A stretch of 26,590 nt of DNA from Phycisphaeraceae bacterium. Lineage in GTDB: Bacteria; Planctomycetota; Phycisphaerae; Phycisphaerales; Zrk34. The DNA is taken from NCBI GenBank assembly GCA_040905565.1, contig JBBDRF010000007.1, positions 1 through 26,590 on the forward strand, read 5' to 3'. The position numbers were made by a program, and so were the translations under genes. The notes below the pieces were generated by a model, which was not told the DNA's origin, did not search any database, and saw nothing but the letters and a program-made list of their open reading frames with translations. Positions 17,141 through 26,590 of this stretch are shown here, piece by piece (the stretch's first letter is position 1; every line of letters starts with the position of its first letter).

Positions 17141-18322
17141 ATGGCCAGTGACATCCCCCTATCGGCACCGGACATCACCGACGCCGAAATTCAAGCTGTG
17201 ACGGAAGTGCTGCGGTGCGGTCGGTTGAGCATCGGACCTCGGCAGGACCGCTTCGAGGAGATGGTCGCCGAGCGCAGCGGCCGTCAACACGCGATCGCCG
17301 TCAGCAGCGGCACGGCCGGGCTGCATCTGGTGCTTGCGGCTTTGGGCATCGGCCCCGGTGATCAGGTCATCACCACGCCGTTCAGCTTCATCGCGTCGGC
17401 GAATGCAATCCTCTATGTCGGCGCGACGCCCGTCTTCGTCGACATCGATCCGATGAGCCTGAACATGGACCCTCGCCGGGTTGAAGCGGCCATCACCGAC
17501 AAGACCCGCGCCATTCTGGCCGTCGAAGCGTTCGGCAACCCGGTCAACATGGACAAGCTTGCCGCGATCGCCCAGCGGCACGAAATCCCCCTCATCGAAG
17601 ATGCCTGCGAAGGGCTCGGCGGCATTCACCGCGGCAGGCCGATCGGGTCGTTCGGTCGGGCGGCGACGTTCGGCTTCTACCCCAACAAGCAAATCACCTG
17701 TGCTGAGGGCGGCATGATCGTCACCGACGACGATCGCCTGGCGGACCTCTGCCGCTCGCTGCGGAATCAGGGCAGGCCCGTCACCGATGCTGTCCCGCAT
17801 CAACAACCGACGCTCGAACATGAACGCCTCGGCTACAACTATCGCATGAGCGAACTGCACGCAGCGCTCGGCGTGGCGCAGATGGATCGCCTCGACGAGA
17901 TCCTCACCCGCCGGCGCGAACTGGCGATGATGTACGTCGAAAAGCTCATGGAATTTCCCGAGCTGATCCTCCCCACCGTGCCCGAGGACGTGGAGATGAG
18001 CTGGTTCGTGTTCGTCGTTCGCCTCAGCGATCCGTACGGGGCGAAGGAACGCGACCGCATTCTGACGGGCATGCAGCGACACGAAGTCTGCTGTGCCAAC
18101 TATTTCCCGCCGATCCACCTTCAGCGTTTCTACCGTGAGCGATTCGGCTTCCGCGTCGGCGATTTCCCGGTGACCGAGTCCGTCGCACAACGGACCATCG
18201 CCCTGCCGTTCTTCACAAGGATGGATGCGACGCAACTGGAACTGGTGACGCTGACGCTGCAGGTCATGCTCCAGCGCGAGCAGCTTCTCCGCCCCCAGGC
18301 CGACGACCCGCCCCGCCGTTGA
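17141..18322 (+). CDS. DegT/DnrJ/EryC1/StrS family PLP-dependent sugar aminotransferase
   Basis: SSGTAGLH, IEDACE, FGFYPNKQITCAEGG (PLP Lys), GYNYRMSE. Confidence 0.93.
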   Translation: MASDIPLSAPDITDAEIQAVTEVLRCGRLSIGPRQDRFEEMVAERSGRQHAIAVSSGTAGLHLVLAALGIGPGDQVITTPFSFIASANAILYVGATPVFVDIDPMSLNMDPRRVEAAITDKTRAILAVEAFGNPVNMDKLAAIAQRHEIPLIEDACEGLGGIHRGRPIGSFGRAATFGFYPNKQITCAEGGMIVTDDDRLADLCRSLRNQGRPVTDAVPHQQPTLEHERLGYNYRMSELHAALGVAQMDRLDEILTRRRELAMMYVEKLMEFPELILPTVPEDVEMSWFVFVVRLSDPYGAKERDRILTGMQRHEVCCANYFPPIHLQRFYRERFGFRVGDFPVTESVAQRTIALPFFTRMDATQLELVTLTLQVMLQREQLLRPQADDPPRR

Positions 18323-18437
18323 GTCGTTTTTCGTTGTCGCCGACAAGGCTTCAACTGTTCCATGTTTGGACGCCCGCTTGCGGACGCCATACATTATGCT
18401 GTTGTTGTGCAGAACTTGTAGGCACAGGAGCCTTGTA

Positions 18438-19226
18438 ATGTCGAAAAACCCACTGTTAATCTGCGTCACCCTGATGATGGGCACCGCCATGGCCCTCGCT
18501 GCGACGGAGGCCGACGAACCGTCGCAGCCGCTGGGCGAAGCGACGCCCTGGGGCAAAGCGGTGATCGAGGACAACGAACTGCATCTGCACATCGACCAGT
18601 GGCCGACCAGCGATCATCTGAGCATCCCCCGGCTGAACAACCCGCTGGTGAGCCTGCGACTGGAAGGCGAGAAAACGCGTGAGCTGTCGGTCGATCCGGA
18701 AGTGCAGCGGTGGACGATCGACCTCGGCGGCGAACCGCCCCGCTCGGGCAAGGGCGTCGTGATCATCGAACTTGAAGGCCCCGTTCACGTCGCCGACGGA
18801 CCTCGGCTGGTGCAGCAAGATGCGGAGGGCGGCCCCGTCACACTCGCCGCCCACGACGCCATGACGCACGGCGAAACGCTCCGCTACGAACCGCAACCGC
18901 ACAAAAACACGCTCGGCTACTGGCTCGACACCGAAGACTGGGCACAGTGGGAAGTGGCCATCACGCAACCCGGTCGCTACCGCGTCATCATTCAGCAGGG
19001 CTGCGGCGAAGGGCACGGCGGGAGCGAAGCGGTGCTCACCATCGCCGGGCAGAAGCTCACTTTCAACGTCGAAGACACCGGGCACTTCCAGAACTTCATC
19101 GAGCGTGAAATCGGCTACGTCACCATTCGCGAAGCAGGCAACCACGAACTTGCCGCCAAGGCCCTTCGCAAGGCCACCCTGGCCGTCATGGACCTACGCA
19201 TGATCAAGCTCGAACCGGTGGAATGA
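18438..19226 (+). CDS. Secreted protein with C-terminal CBM6/35-like beta-sandwich domain
   Basis: SD AGGAG, signal peptide, and LGYW...DWAQWEV...PGRYRV...GGS...DTGHFQNF...VMDLRMIKL pattern typical of galactose-binding-like domains. Confidence 0.65.
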   Translation: MSKNPLLICVTLMMGTAMALAATEADEPSQPLGEATPWGKAVIEDNELHLHIDQWPTSDHLSIPRLNNPLVSLRLEGEKTRELSVDPEVQRWTIDLGGEPPRSGKGVVIIELEGPVHVADGPRLVQQDAEGGPVTLAAHDAMTHGETLRYEPQPHKNTLGYWLDTEDWAQWEVAITQPGRYRVIIQQGCGEGHGGSEAVLTIAGQKLTFNVEDTGHFQNFIEREIGYVTIREAGNHELAAKALRKATLAVMDLRMIKLEPVE

Positions 19227-20332
19227 CCGCTGCCGATGATGGGCCGTTGATGGAGTTTCGCCGTCGCAAGATCGTGATCGTTACCGGCAGCCGTGCCGAC
19301 TTCGGACTCTTGCAGCCAGTCATGGCGGCGGTGGCGGAGCATGACGCATTGGAGCTTGCGGCGGTGGTGGCGGGCTATCACCTGATTACCGATACCTGGC
19401 GTGATGTCGCGAAGGCCGGCTTCAAGATCGCTGCGCGCGTGCCGATGCAGAAGCGTGACGCCGTCGGGCGTGGGGCCGACGTCCCAGCGGTGGGTCGGGG
19501 CATCGGCGGGTTCGGTCGGGCATTCGCAAAGCTTGCCCCGGACGTGGTCGTCGTGCTGGGTGACCGGATTGAGGCGTTCGCCGCGGCCTCGGCGGCAAGC
19601 ATCGGCGGCTACCGCTTGGCGCACATTCACGGCGGCGATCGGGCCGAGGGCGTCGCCGACGAAGCGATGCGTCACGCGATCAGCAAACTGGCCCACATCC
19701 ATTACCCCGCCACGCCCACCAGCGCCCGCCGACTCAAGCGCATGGGTGAAGCGCCGGCCCACATTCAAACGGTCGGCTCCCCCGCCGTCGACGCCCCCCC
19801 CACCGCCGCCGCCATCGATGCCCCGACGCTTTTGATCGTGCAGCATCCCATCGGCGCGAGCGACGAGCAGGAGCAACGCTGGATGGCGCAGACACTGAAC
19901 GCCACCGCCGACCACGCCCGCCTTGTCCTCGCGCCCAACGGCGACCCCGGTGCCGACGGCATCCGCCGGGCTCTATCAGCGGCGAACGTCTCCCCCGTCG
20001 AGCACCTCCCTCGCCCCCAATGGCTGAACCTGCTCGCCGGTGCCAAGGCGATCGTCGGCAATTCATCGGCGGGGCTCATCGAAGCGGCCGTGCTGCGTAC
20101 GCCTTGCGTCAACGTTGGGCCTCGGCAGGCCGGTCGCGAACGGCCCCTGCATGTGATCGACTGCGACTACGACGAAGCGGCGATCAGCATGGCTATCACG
20201 CACGCCTTGGAGTTGGACCTTCGCCGGCTGCGTCATCCGTACGGCAAGCCGGGCGTCGGCCGGCGCATCGCCGATCATCTCGCCACGTTCGATATCGCCA
20301 CCGTTCCCCTTCGCAAGCACAACACCTACTGA
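19223..20332 (+). CDS. neuC: UDP-N-acetylglucosamine 2-epimerase, hydrolysing (NeuC/LegG family)
   Basis: TGSRADFGL, LGDRIEAF, HIHGGD, DEAMRHAISKLAHIH, GNSSAGLIEA, GPRQAGRE. ATGA overlap with the upstream gene; alternative start 19250. Confidence 0.88.
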   Translation: MTAADDGPLMEFRRRKIVIVTGSRADFGLLQPVMAAVAEHDALELAAVVAGYHLITDTWRDVAKAGFKIAARVPMQKRDAVGRGADVPAVGRGIGGFGRAFAKLAPDVVVVLGDRIEAFAAASAASIGGYRLAHIHGGDRAEGVADEAMRHAISKLAHIHYPATPTSARRLKRMGEAPAHIQTVGSPAVDAPPTAAAIDAPTLLIVQHPIGASDEQEQRWMAQTLNATADHARLVLAPNGDPGADGIRRALSAANVSPVEHLPRPQWLNLLAGAKAIVGNSSAGLIEAAVLRTPCVNVGPRQAGRERPLHVIDCDYDEAAISMAITHALELDLRRLRHPYGKPGVGRRIADHLATFDIATVPLRKHNTY

Positions 20333-20349
20333 AATCCGGAGCGAGAAAC

Positions 20350-21141
20350 ATGCCTCCGCCCGACCAGCCCGTCCTCAGCCTGCTCACCGACTTCGGCTAT
20401 ACCGATGCATACGTCGGTGTCATGAAAGGCGTCATCGCCAGCCGATGCGATGCGACGCTGATCGACATGACCCACGGCATCCAACCCGGCGACATCCGTG
20501 CCGCGGCTTACCTGCTCGGCACAAGCTGGTCGTATTTCCCTCGGGGCACCGTGCATCTGGCCGTCGTCGATCCCGGCGTGGGGACCGACCGGGCGATCCT
20601 CGCGGCAAGCGTCAGAGACCACCTGTTCGTCGCACCGGATAACGGGCTGCTTACCGATGTTCTCGCCGCTGCCGATCCCGCACCCGTCGTTGTGAAGGTG
20701 ACACGTTCGGAGCATTTCCTGCCTCGGGTGAGCCAAACTTTCCACGGCCGCGATATCTTCGCTCCCGTTGCCGCAGCGCTGGCTAACGGCCTCCCCCTTG
20801 AACAACTCGGCGACGTGACCGATGCGTGGGTCACACTGAATCGGCGCGAGCCGAGGGTGACGCCGCGTCGCGTGGCTGGCGAGGTGGTGCACGTCGACCA
20901 GTTCGGCAACCTCATCACGAACATCCAGACCCACCACCTGCCCGCCAATGATCGCGTGACCGTGCACCTCCGCAATCAGCAGATCCAAGGCATCGCCTCC
21001 AGCTACGTCGATGCCGGGCAAGGCACGCTGATGGCGATCATCGGGAGCACGGATCGTCTGGAGATCAGCATCGCCCTCGGCAGCGCCGCCGACGAACTCG
21101 GCGTCAGCGTCGGCGAGACCGTCTGGCTCGAAACGGCGTAG
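20350..21141 (+). CDS. SAM hydroxide adenosyltransferase (DUF62; chlorinase/fluorinase superfamily)
   Basis: LLTDFG, DMTHGI, VVDPGVGTDR, PDNGLL, TFHGRDIFAP, HVDQFGNLITN. ATG at 20350. Confidence 0.92.
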   Translation: MPPPDQPVLSLLTDFGYTDAYVGVMKGVIASRCDATLIDMTHGIQPGDIRAAAYLLGTSWSYFPRGTVHLAVVDPGVGTDRAILAASVRDHLFVAPDNGLLTDVLAAADPAPVVVKVTRSEHFLPRVSQTFHGRDIFAPVAAALANGLPLEQLGDVTDAWVTLNRREPRVTPRRVAGEVVHVDQFGNLITNIQTHHLPANDRVTVHLRNQQIQGIASSYVDAGQGTLMAIIGSTDRLEISIALGSAADELGVSVGETVWLETA

Positions 21142-21160
21142 CTCGCCGCCTGACCCTCTC

Positions 21161-21877
21161 TCAGGGTTCTTGCCGAACGGCGTACCAGAGATCGAGGGCG
21201 TCACGGCCGCGGAGGATCTTGCCTCGGGTGATGATCGTCTTGCGGAGCAGCAGCAGGTGGTCCATCGCCGAGTGCGATTCCAGCTTGCGTGCCGAGGTGG
21301 TCACGTGCTGACGCAGGATGCCGAACGGGCCCAGGCGATGCAGCCGGGCCGACAGGTCGATCTCCTCCGCTGCGAAAAGACTTTCGTTGAAACCGCCGAC
21401 GCTTTCGAAGGCGTCGCGTCTGACGAACACGAAGCAGCCGGCTGCCCACCGCGTCAGGCGTGAGACAGTATTCCATGCGGCCATCGCGGCATGCAACGGC
21501 GGGGTGAGGTCGAGGTCAAAATACACTCGTGCCCCGCCGCCGACCGCTTCGTGCGCCATGGCCGAGCATGCCGCCCGGAGCACTTCCACGTTCACGCAGG
21601 TATCGGCATCAAGAAAGAAAAGCCAACGGCCTCGTGCGACCTTCGCCCCGGCGTTGCGTGCAGCTGCAATCTGCCGGACATCCACGTTCAGCACACGCGT
21701 CGCGCCCTCAGCCGCAGCGACCTCAGCCGTGCGATCGGTCGACGCATCGTTGACGACGATGATCTCTGCCGCGTCGGCCTGGCGATCACCCAGCTCTTCG
21801 AGCGCAGCACGGAGGGCGTGCAGCGTCGTCGGCAGGTAGTCAGCTTCGTTATGGGCGGGGATCACGAATGAGATCAT
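21161..21877 (-). CDS. Family 2 glycosyltransferase
   Basis: ISFVIPAHNE, IIVVNDASTD, ARNAGA, FLDAD, GGFNE...EEIDL. Confidence 0.92.
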   Translation of the reverse strand: MISFVIPAHNEADYLPTTLHALRAALEELGDRQADAAEIIVVNDASTDRTAEVAAAEGATRVLNVDVRQIAAARNAGAKVARGRWLFFLDADTCVNVEVLRAACSAMAHEAVGGGARVYFDLDLTPPLHAAMAAWNTVSRLTRWAAGCFVFVRRDAFESVGGFNESLFAAEEIDLSARLHRLGPFGILRQHVTTSARKLESHSAMDHLLLLRKTIITRGKILRGRDALDLWYAVRQEP

Positions 21878-21901
21878 GGCCACTATCGTAGCGTGCCCGA
21901 C

Positions 21902-22585
21902 TCATCCACGGCTTGCGGGGCGGGTGGCGAGAAACGGACAGAGCACCATGCCCGAGAGGAACCCGCCGATATGCGCCCAGAATGCGACGCCCGCCGCATC
22001 GGCCTGCTGACTCAGCGCTGCGGTGCCGCTGAGGAACTGGATCGCGAACCAGAAGCCGATGAACACCAGCGCCGGCACCGAGAGGAACAGCGGGATGATG
22101 ATAATGGGGATCACGACCAGTACGCGGGCCATGGGAAACAGCAGGACGTAAGCGCCCATCACGCCCGAGATCGCGCCGGACGCGCCGATGGCCGGCAGCG
22201 TCGACTCCGGGTGCATCAGGATATGCACCGCGCTCGCCGCCACCCCGCAGACGAGATAAAACAGCAGGAACTTGCCTCGGCCCATGTGGTCTTCGACGTT
22301 GTCGCCGAATATCCAAAGCGACCATAGATTCAGCAGCACGTGGAGAATCCCGCCGTGCAGAAACATGCTGCTGACCAGCGCCATGTACTGCCGCGGTGCC
22401 GCACGGCTGCGAAGCGAAGCGTCGGTGAACTCCGCCGGCACCACGCCCCACAAATGGACAAGACGTTCAAGCGCTGGCGATGGGAGCGTGAACTGATAGA
22501 AGAACGCGACAAGGTTCGCGACGATCAGCACCCACATGACAACCGGCGTCCGCGAAGCTGGAATGTTGTCACGGATAGGAATCAT
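21902..22585 (-). CDS. Rhomboid family intramembrane serine protease
   Basis: SMFLHGG.LHVLLN, FGDNVED, GASGAISG (catalytic Ser), AHIGGF (catalytic His). Confidence 0.93.
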   Translation of the reverse strand: MIPIRDNIPASRTPVVMWVLIVANLVAFFYQFTLPSPALERLVHLWGVVPAEFTDASLRSRAAPRQYMALVSSMFLHGGILHVLLNLWSLWIFGDNVEDHMGRGKFLLFYLVCGVAASAVHILMHPESTLPAIGASGAISGVMGAYVLLFPMARVLVVIPIIIIPLFLSVPALVFIGFWFAIQFLSGTAALSQQADAAGVAFWAHIGGFLSGMVLCPFLATRPASRG

Positions 22586-22616
22586 TCGGCCGTTTTCGCC
22601 TTATGTGACGCGGCTT

Positions 22617-23006
22617 TCATGCCGAGTGCTTATCACGGGTCGGCTCGCCCTTCTCGGCCGGAGGGGCGGCATGGTTATGCTTGAGGCGCAGGGTCTGCCG
22701 GGCGCGATTCAGCAAGCGGCGTGCCCATGCGAACTCGGTGGCAAGAATGGCAAGACCGGCAGGGATCACCAGCACCGCGGGCCCCGGCAGCACGAGCAGC
22801 GCGAGGCCGAAAATCAGCACGCTCATGCCGACGATGGCGATGACGACGCGTTTCAGCAGCCGCCAGGCTTGCGTTGGCGCCAGCCCCGATGGGACGGGCG
22901 GTAAGCGTCGGCCGCCGCGCCAGGCGATGGTCGTCAATACCAACGCGATGGCGATCAGTGCCGCGGCAAGCGCGAGTCCGATGGCGATCCACTGTTCATT
23001 GGACAT
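22617..23006 (-). CDS. PGPGW-family small membrane protein with an extra N-terminal TM helix
   Basis: LPGPAVLVIPAGLAILATEFAWARRLL motif. GGAG lies upstream of ATG 23006. Confidence 0.8.
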   Translation of the reverse strand: MSNEQWIAIGLALAAALIAIALVLTTIAWRGGRRLPPVPSGLAPTQAWRLLKRVVIAIVGMSVLIFGLALLVLPGPAVLVIPAGLAILATEFAWARRLLNRARQTLRLKHNHAAPPAEKGEPTRDKHSA

Positions 23007-23063
23007 GAATGCGGTACTCCTAGCCTGCATCTTAGCGTCCTGAATGGCCGTCAGGTGGGACGT

Positions 23064-23098
23064 AAAAAGGCCGCGAGATTCGTGAGAACCTCGCGGCC
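23064..23098 (-). terminator. Intrinsic terminator of the Q-rich gene
   Basis: Minus strand GGCCGCGAGGTTC-TCAC-GAATCTCGCGGCC-TTTTT. Confidence 0.82.
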
Positions 23099-23129
23099 GT
23101 ATAGAAACCTAGCACTCAGTAGCCCTCGT

Positions 23130-24815
<1,686 letters not shown>

Positions 24816-25075
24816 CACAATCTCCTCCTTCTTGGCATCGAGCTGTTACAGCGCCGTCATGCTTCACGCGGCGTCGAACCGCTCGACTGCCGCACGCCCT
24901 TCCTCGATGCCTTCGAAAGACCTTAGTCCGCCCAGCACCCGCCACCACTCCGCCATCGCCCGCCGCGCGCGGTAGGCACATGCCGCATGACCGCCCCACC
25001 CACACCCGGGCAACTCCCGTGGCCGCGAAGTATGGGCCAGTTCGGCTCACTTGATTGTTGAAGGAAAGTCGCCCG

Positions 25076-25600
25076 CTACGGCGACACTTCGTAACTGACC
25101 TCACTGTCGGCGATGAGGCGTTCGCCGCTGGGCGTGTTAAACTGCGCGACCACGCTGAGCGGCTGATCGATCGGGGGCTGCTCTTCCAGATGCAGCTTAA
25201 ACGCATACGTCCGGGTGATCGGGTCGTAATGGCGCTCGTTCTGCACCAGCTCCGTCATCGCCGCCTCCCAGACCTCGACCCGTTCGCGCGAACGCTGCGA
25301 CGCACGGCCCGGCTGGGTATAAAGCTCAAAGCGCCAGTTCCCGACGCCCTTGGTCACGTCGCCCAACTGGTCGAACATCTCGATCCGCACCTCAAGAATC
25401 AGCGCCTCTTCGCCCTCGACAGGCTGCAGCGACGTGAATGGATGGATGCGCATGCTGACAGGTTTGAAAGGCCACGCCTCCAACGCTGCGTCGGCTGAAC
25501 CGTCGGTGCCTTTGAATGAAACGCCGTTGCAGCCGACGGCAAGCACCAGCAGCAGCATCGCGCCGACCGTTAATGATCCGTTTCGCACGTGCATCACCAT
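25076..25600 (-). CDS. Hypothetical lipoprotein
   Basis: Lipobox LAVG-C after a hydrophobic stretch, followed by a beta-rich body. Start 25600 or 25594. Confidence 0.75.
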   Translation of the reverse strand: MVMHVRNGSLTVGAMLLLVLAVGCNGVSFKGTDGSADAALEAWPFKPVSMRIHPFTSLQPVEGEEALILEVRIEMFDQLGDVTKGVGNWRFELYTQPGRASQRSRERVEVWEAAMTELVQNERHYDPITRTYAFKLHLEEQPPIDQPLSVVAQFNTPSGERLIADSEVSYEVSP

Positions 25601-25631
25601 CGCCAAAAGCTACGCTCTCACTCGTTTGGTT

Positions 25632-26489
25632 TCAAGCACTCGTGCCGACGACGGCCGCGAGACGCTCGAGCACCCATTCCGGAACCTCGTAGGCACCTAA
25701 GGGTACTGTTTTCCGCTCGCCGTGGTAGTCGCTGCCCCCGGTCACGATCAAGTCGAACTGATCCGCCGCGGCTTGATACTGCTGCGTGTGATGAGGCTGA
25801 TGATCGCTGTGCCAGATCTCGATGCCGTCCAGGCCCCATTCGACGAGCCGCTCGAGACGCCGCTGGAAATCCGTTTCGTCGATGCAGCGCATCTGTACAG
25901 GATGGGCGAGCACCGCGACGCCGCCTGCTTCGTGGATGGCCTCGATCGCGCCGTGGGCGGAAAGGTTGTCCTTGCGGTGATAGGCCGCCCCGCCGATGCC
26001 GATGTATCGCTTGAAAGCTTCGGCGATGGAGTCGGCGTAACGGTGACGCACCAAGACAGCGGCGATGTGCGGACGACCGATCACGCCCCCGGCCGCTTCC
26101 GCTTCGACTTCTTCCAGCGTGATGTCGACGCCCAGCGCATTGAGCGCGTCGACAATGCGCGGATTGCGAGCGGCCCGGGCGACGTTAAGCGATTCAGTCA
26201 CGCGCCGCAGCTTCTCACTGTCGTGGCGAACGTGGTAGCCGAGGATGTGCAGCGTGCCCGTCGGATTCGCCGGAGCGATACTCACCATGTCCGCAGAGAG
26301 TTCGATGCCGGGCACGAAAGTGATGCCCAACTCGGCAGCCGCCGCGGCGCAAGCGGGCAGCCCGGCCGTGGTGTCGTGATCGGTCAGCGCCATCGCGGAA
26401 AGCCCCGCCGCTTTCACCCTCGCGACAAGCCCAGCGGGCGCATCGGTGCCATCCGACGCGGTGGAATGCATATGCAGGTCGATGGACAT
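25632..26489 (-). CDS. PHP-domain metal-dependent phosphoesterase (TrpH/YciV-like)
   Basis: DLHMHSTASDG, ALTDHD, GIELS, HILGY, GRPHIA, LAHP, GGSDYHG. Confidence 0.93.
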   Translation of the reverse strand: MSIDLHMHSTASDGTDAPAGLVARVKAAGLSAMALTDHDTTAGLPACAAAAAELGITFVPGIELSADMVSIAPANPTGTLHILGYHVRHDSEKLRRVTESLNVARAARNPRIVDALNALGVDITLEEVEAEAAGGVIGRPHIAAVLVRHRYADSIAEAFKRYIGIGGAAYHRKDNLSAHGAIEAIHEAGGVAVLAHPVQMRCIDETDFQRRLERLVEWGLDGIEIWHSDHQPHHTQQYQAAADQFDLIVTGGSDYHGERKTVPLGAYEVPEWVLERLAAVVGTSA

Positions 26490-26515
26490 AGAGCACATTA
26501 TAGCGTCTGACTTGT

Positions 26516-26589
26516 GTGCCACTGGTGGCTTGCCCACCAGTGCTCCAACCCTCTGCCGATCTCACTGGTGGACAAGCCACCAGTGGCAC
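26516..26589. repeat. REP doublet (REPIN-like) palindromic element
   Basis: 27-nt arms at 26516-26542 and 26563-26589 are inverted copies (26/27 match). Each arm is itself a CACTGGTGG-N5-CCACCAGTG hairpin; the spacer is 20 nt. Confidence 0.8.
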
Positions 26590-26590
26590 G

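Noticed and set aside
17159..18592. Long antisense ORFs (e.g. 17159-18592, 5682-6644, 14335-15207, 10398-11213)
   Set aside because: These are typical stop-poor shadows of real genes in high-GC DNA, with no motifs or start signals.
20020..20349. N-terminal extension of the DUF62 ORF (373 aa in the ORF track)
   Set aside because: It overlaps neuC in another frame and is Arg-rich noise. The domain starts at ATG 20350.
20350..21141. Possible fluorinase/chlorinase (halogenase)
   Set aside because: It retains the DUF62 Asp-Arg-His triad (VVDPGVGTDR, TFHGRD). The halogenases SalL and FlA have Tyr-containing motifs instead of this His, so a SAM hydrolase is the better call.

Overview
This is GC-rich bacterial core-genome DNA, probably Planctomycetota (Phycisphaerae-like). 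That assignment is an inference from gene content, dnaA without dnaN, and a CACTGG...CCAGTG palindromic repeat. Gene order, left to right: pyruvate dehydrogenase genes (3' end of aceE, aceF, lpdA), split by an oppositely oriented iron-uptake pair (IutA-like TonB-dependent receptor + PepSY-TM reductase, with a sigma70 promoter and Fur-like box); a minus-strand run rpmA-obgE-coaX, three paralogous 4-TM proteins and an atypical MnmE-like GTPase; a secreted hypothetical protein and a GNAT acetyltransferase; dnaA with a DnaA box and a long structured leader; a secreted helical protein, a DegT aminotransferase, a CBM-like protein, neuC and a DUF62 SAM hydrolase; then, on the minus strand, GT2, rhomboid, PGPGW protein, a secreted glutamine-rich repeat protein, a lipoprotein and a PHP phosphoesterase, ending in a REPIN-like element. 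No CRISPR array, rRNA, tRNA, transposase or prophage was seen. The most unusual items are the paralogous membrane-protein triplet coupled to coaX and to a CxGK-less MnmE paralog, the Q-rich protein with six helical repeats and a split beta core, and several apparently leaderless genes. All calls come from reading motifs by eye; no searches were run.
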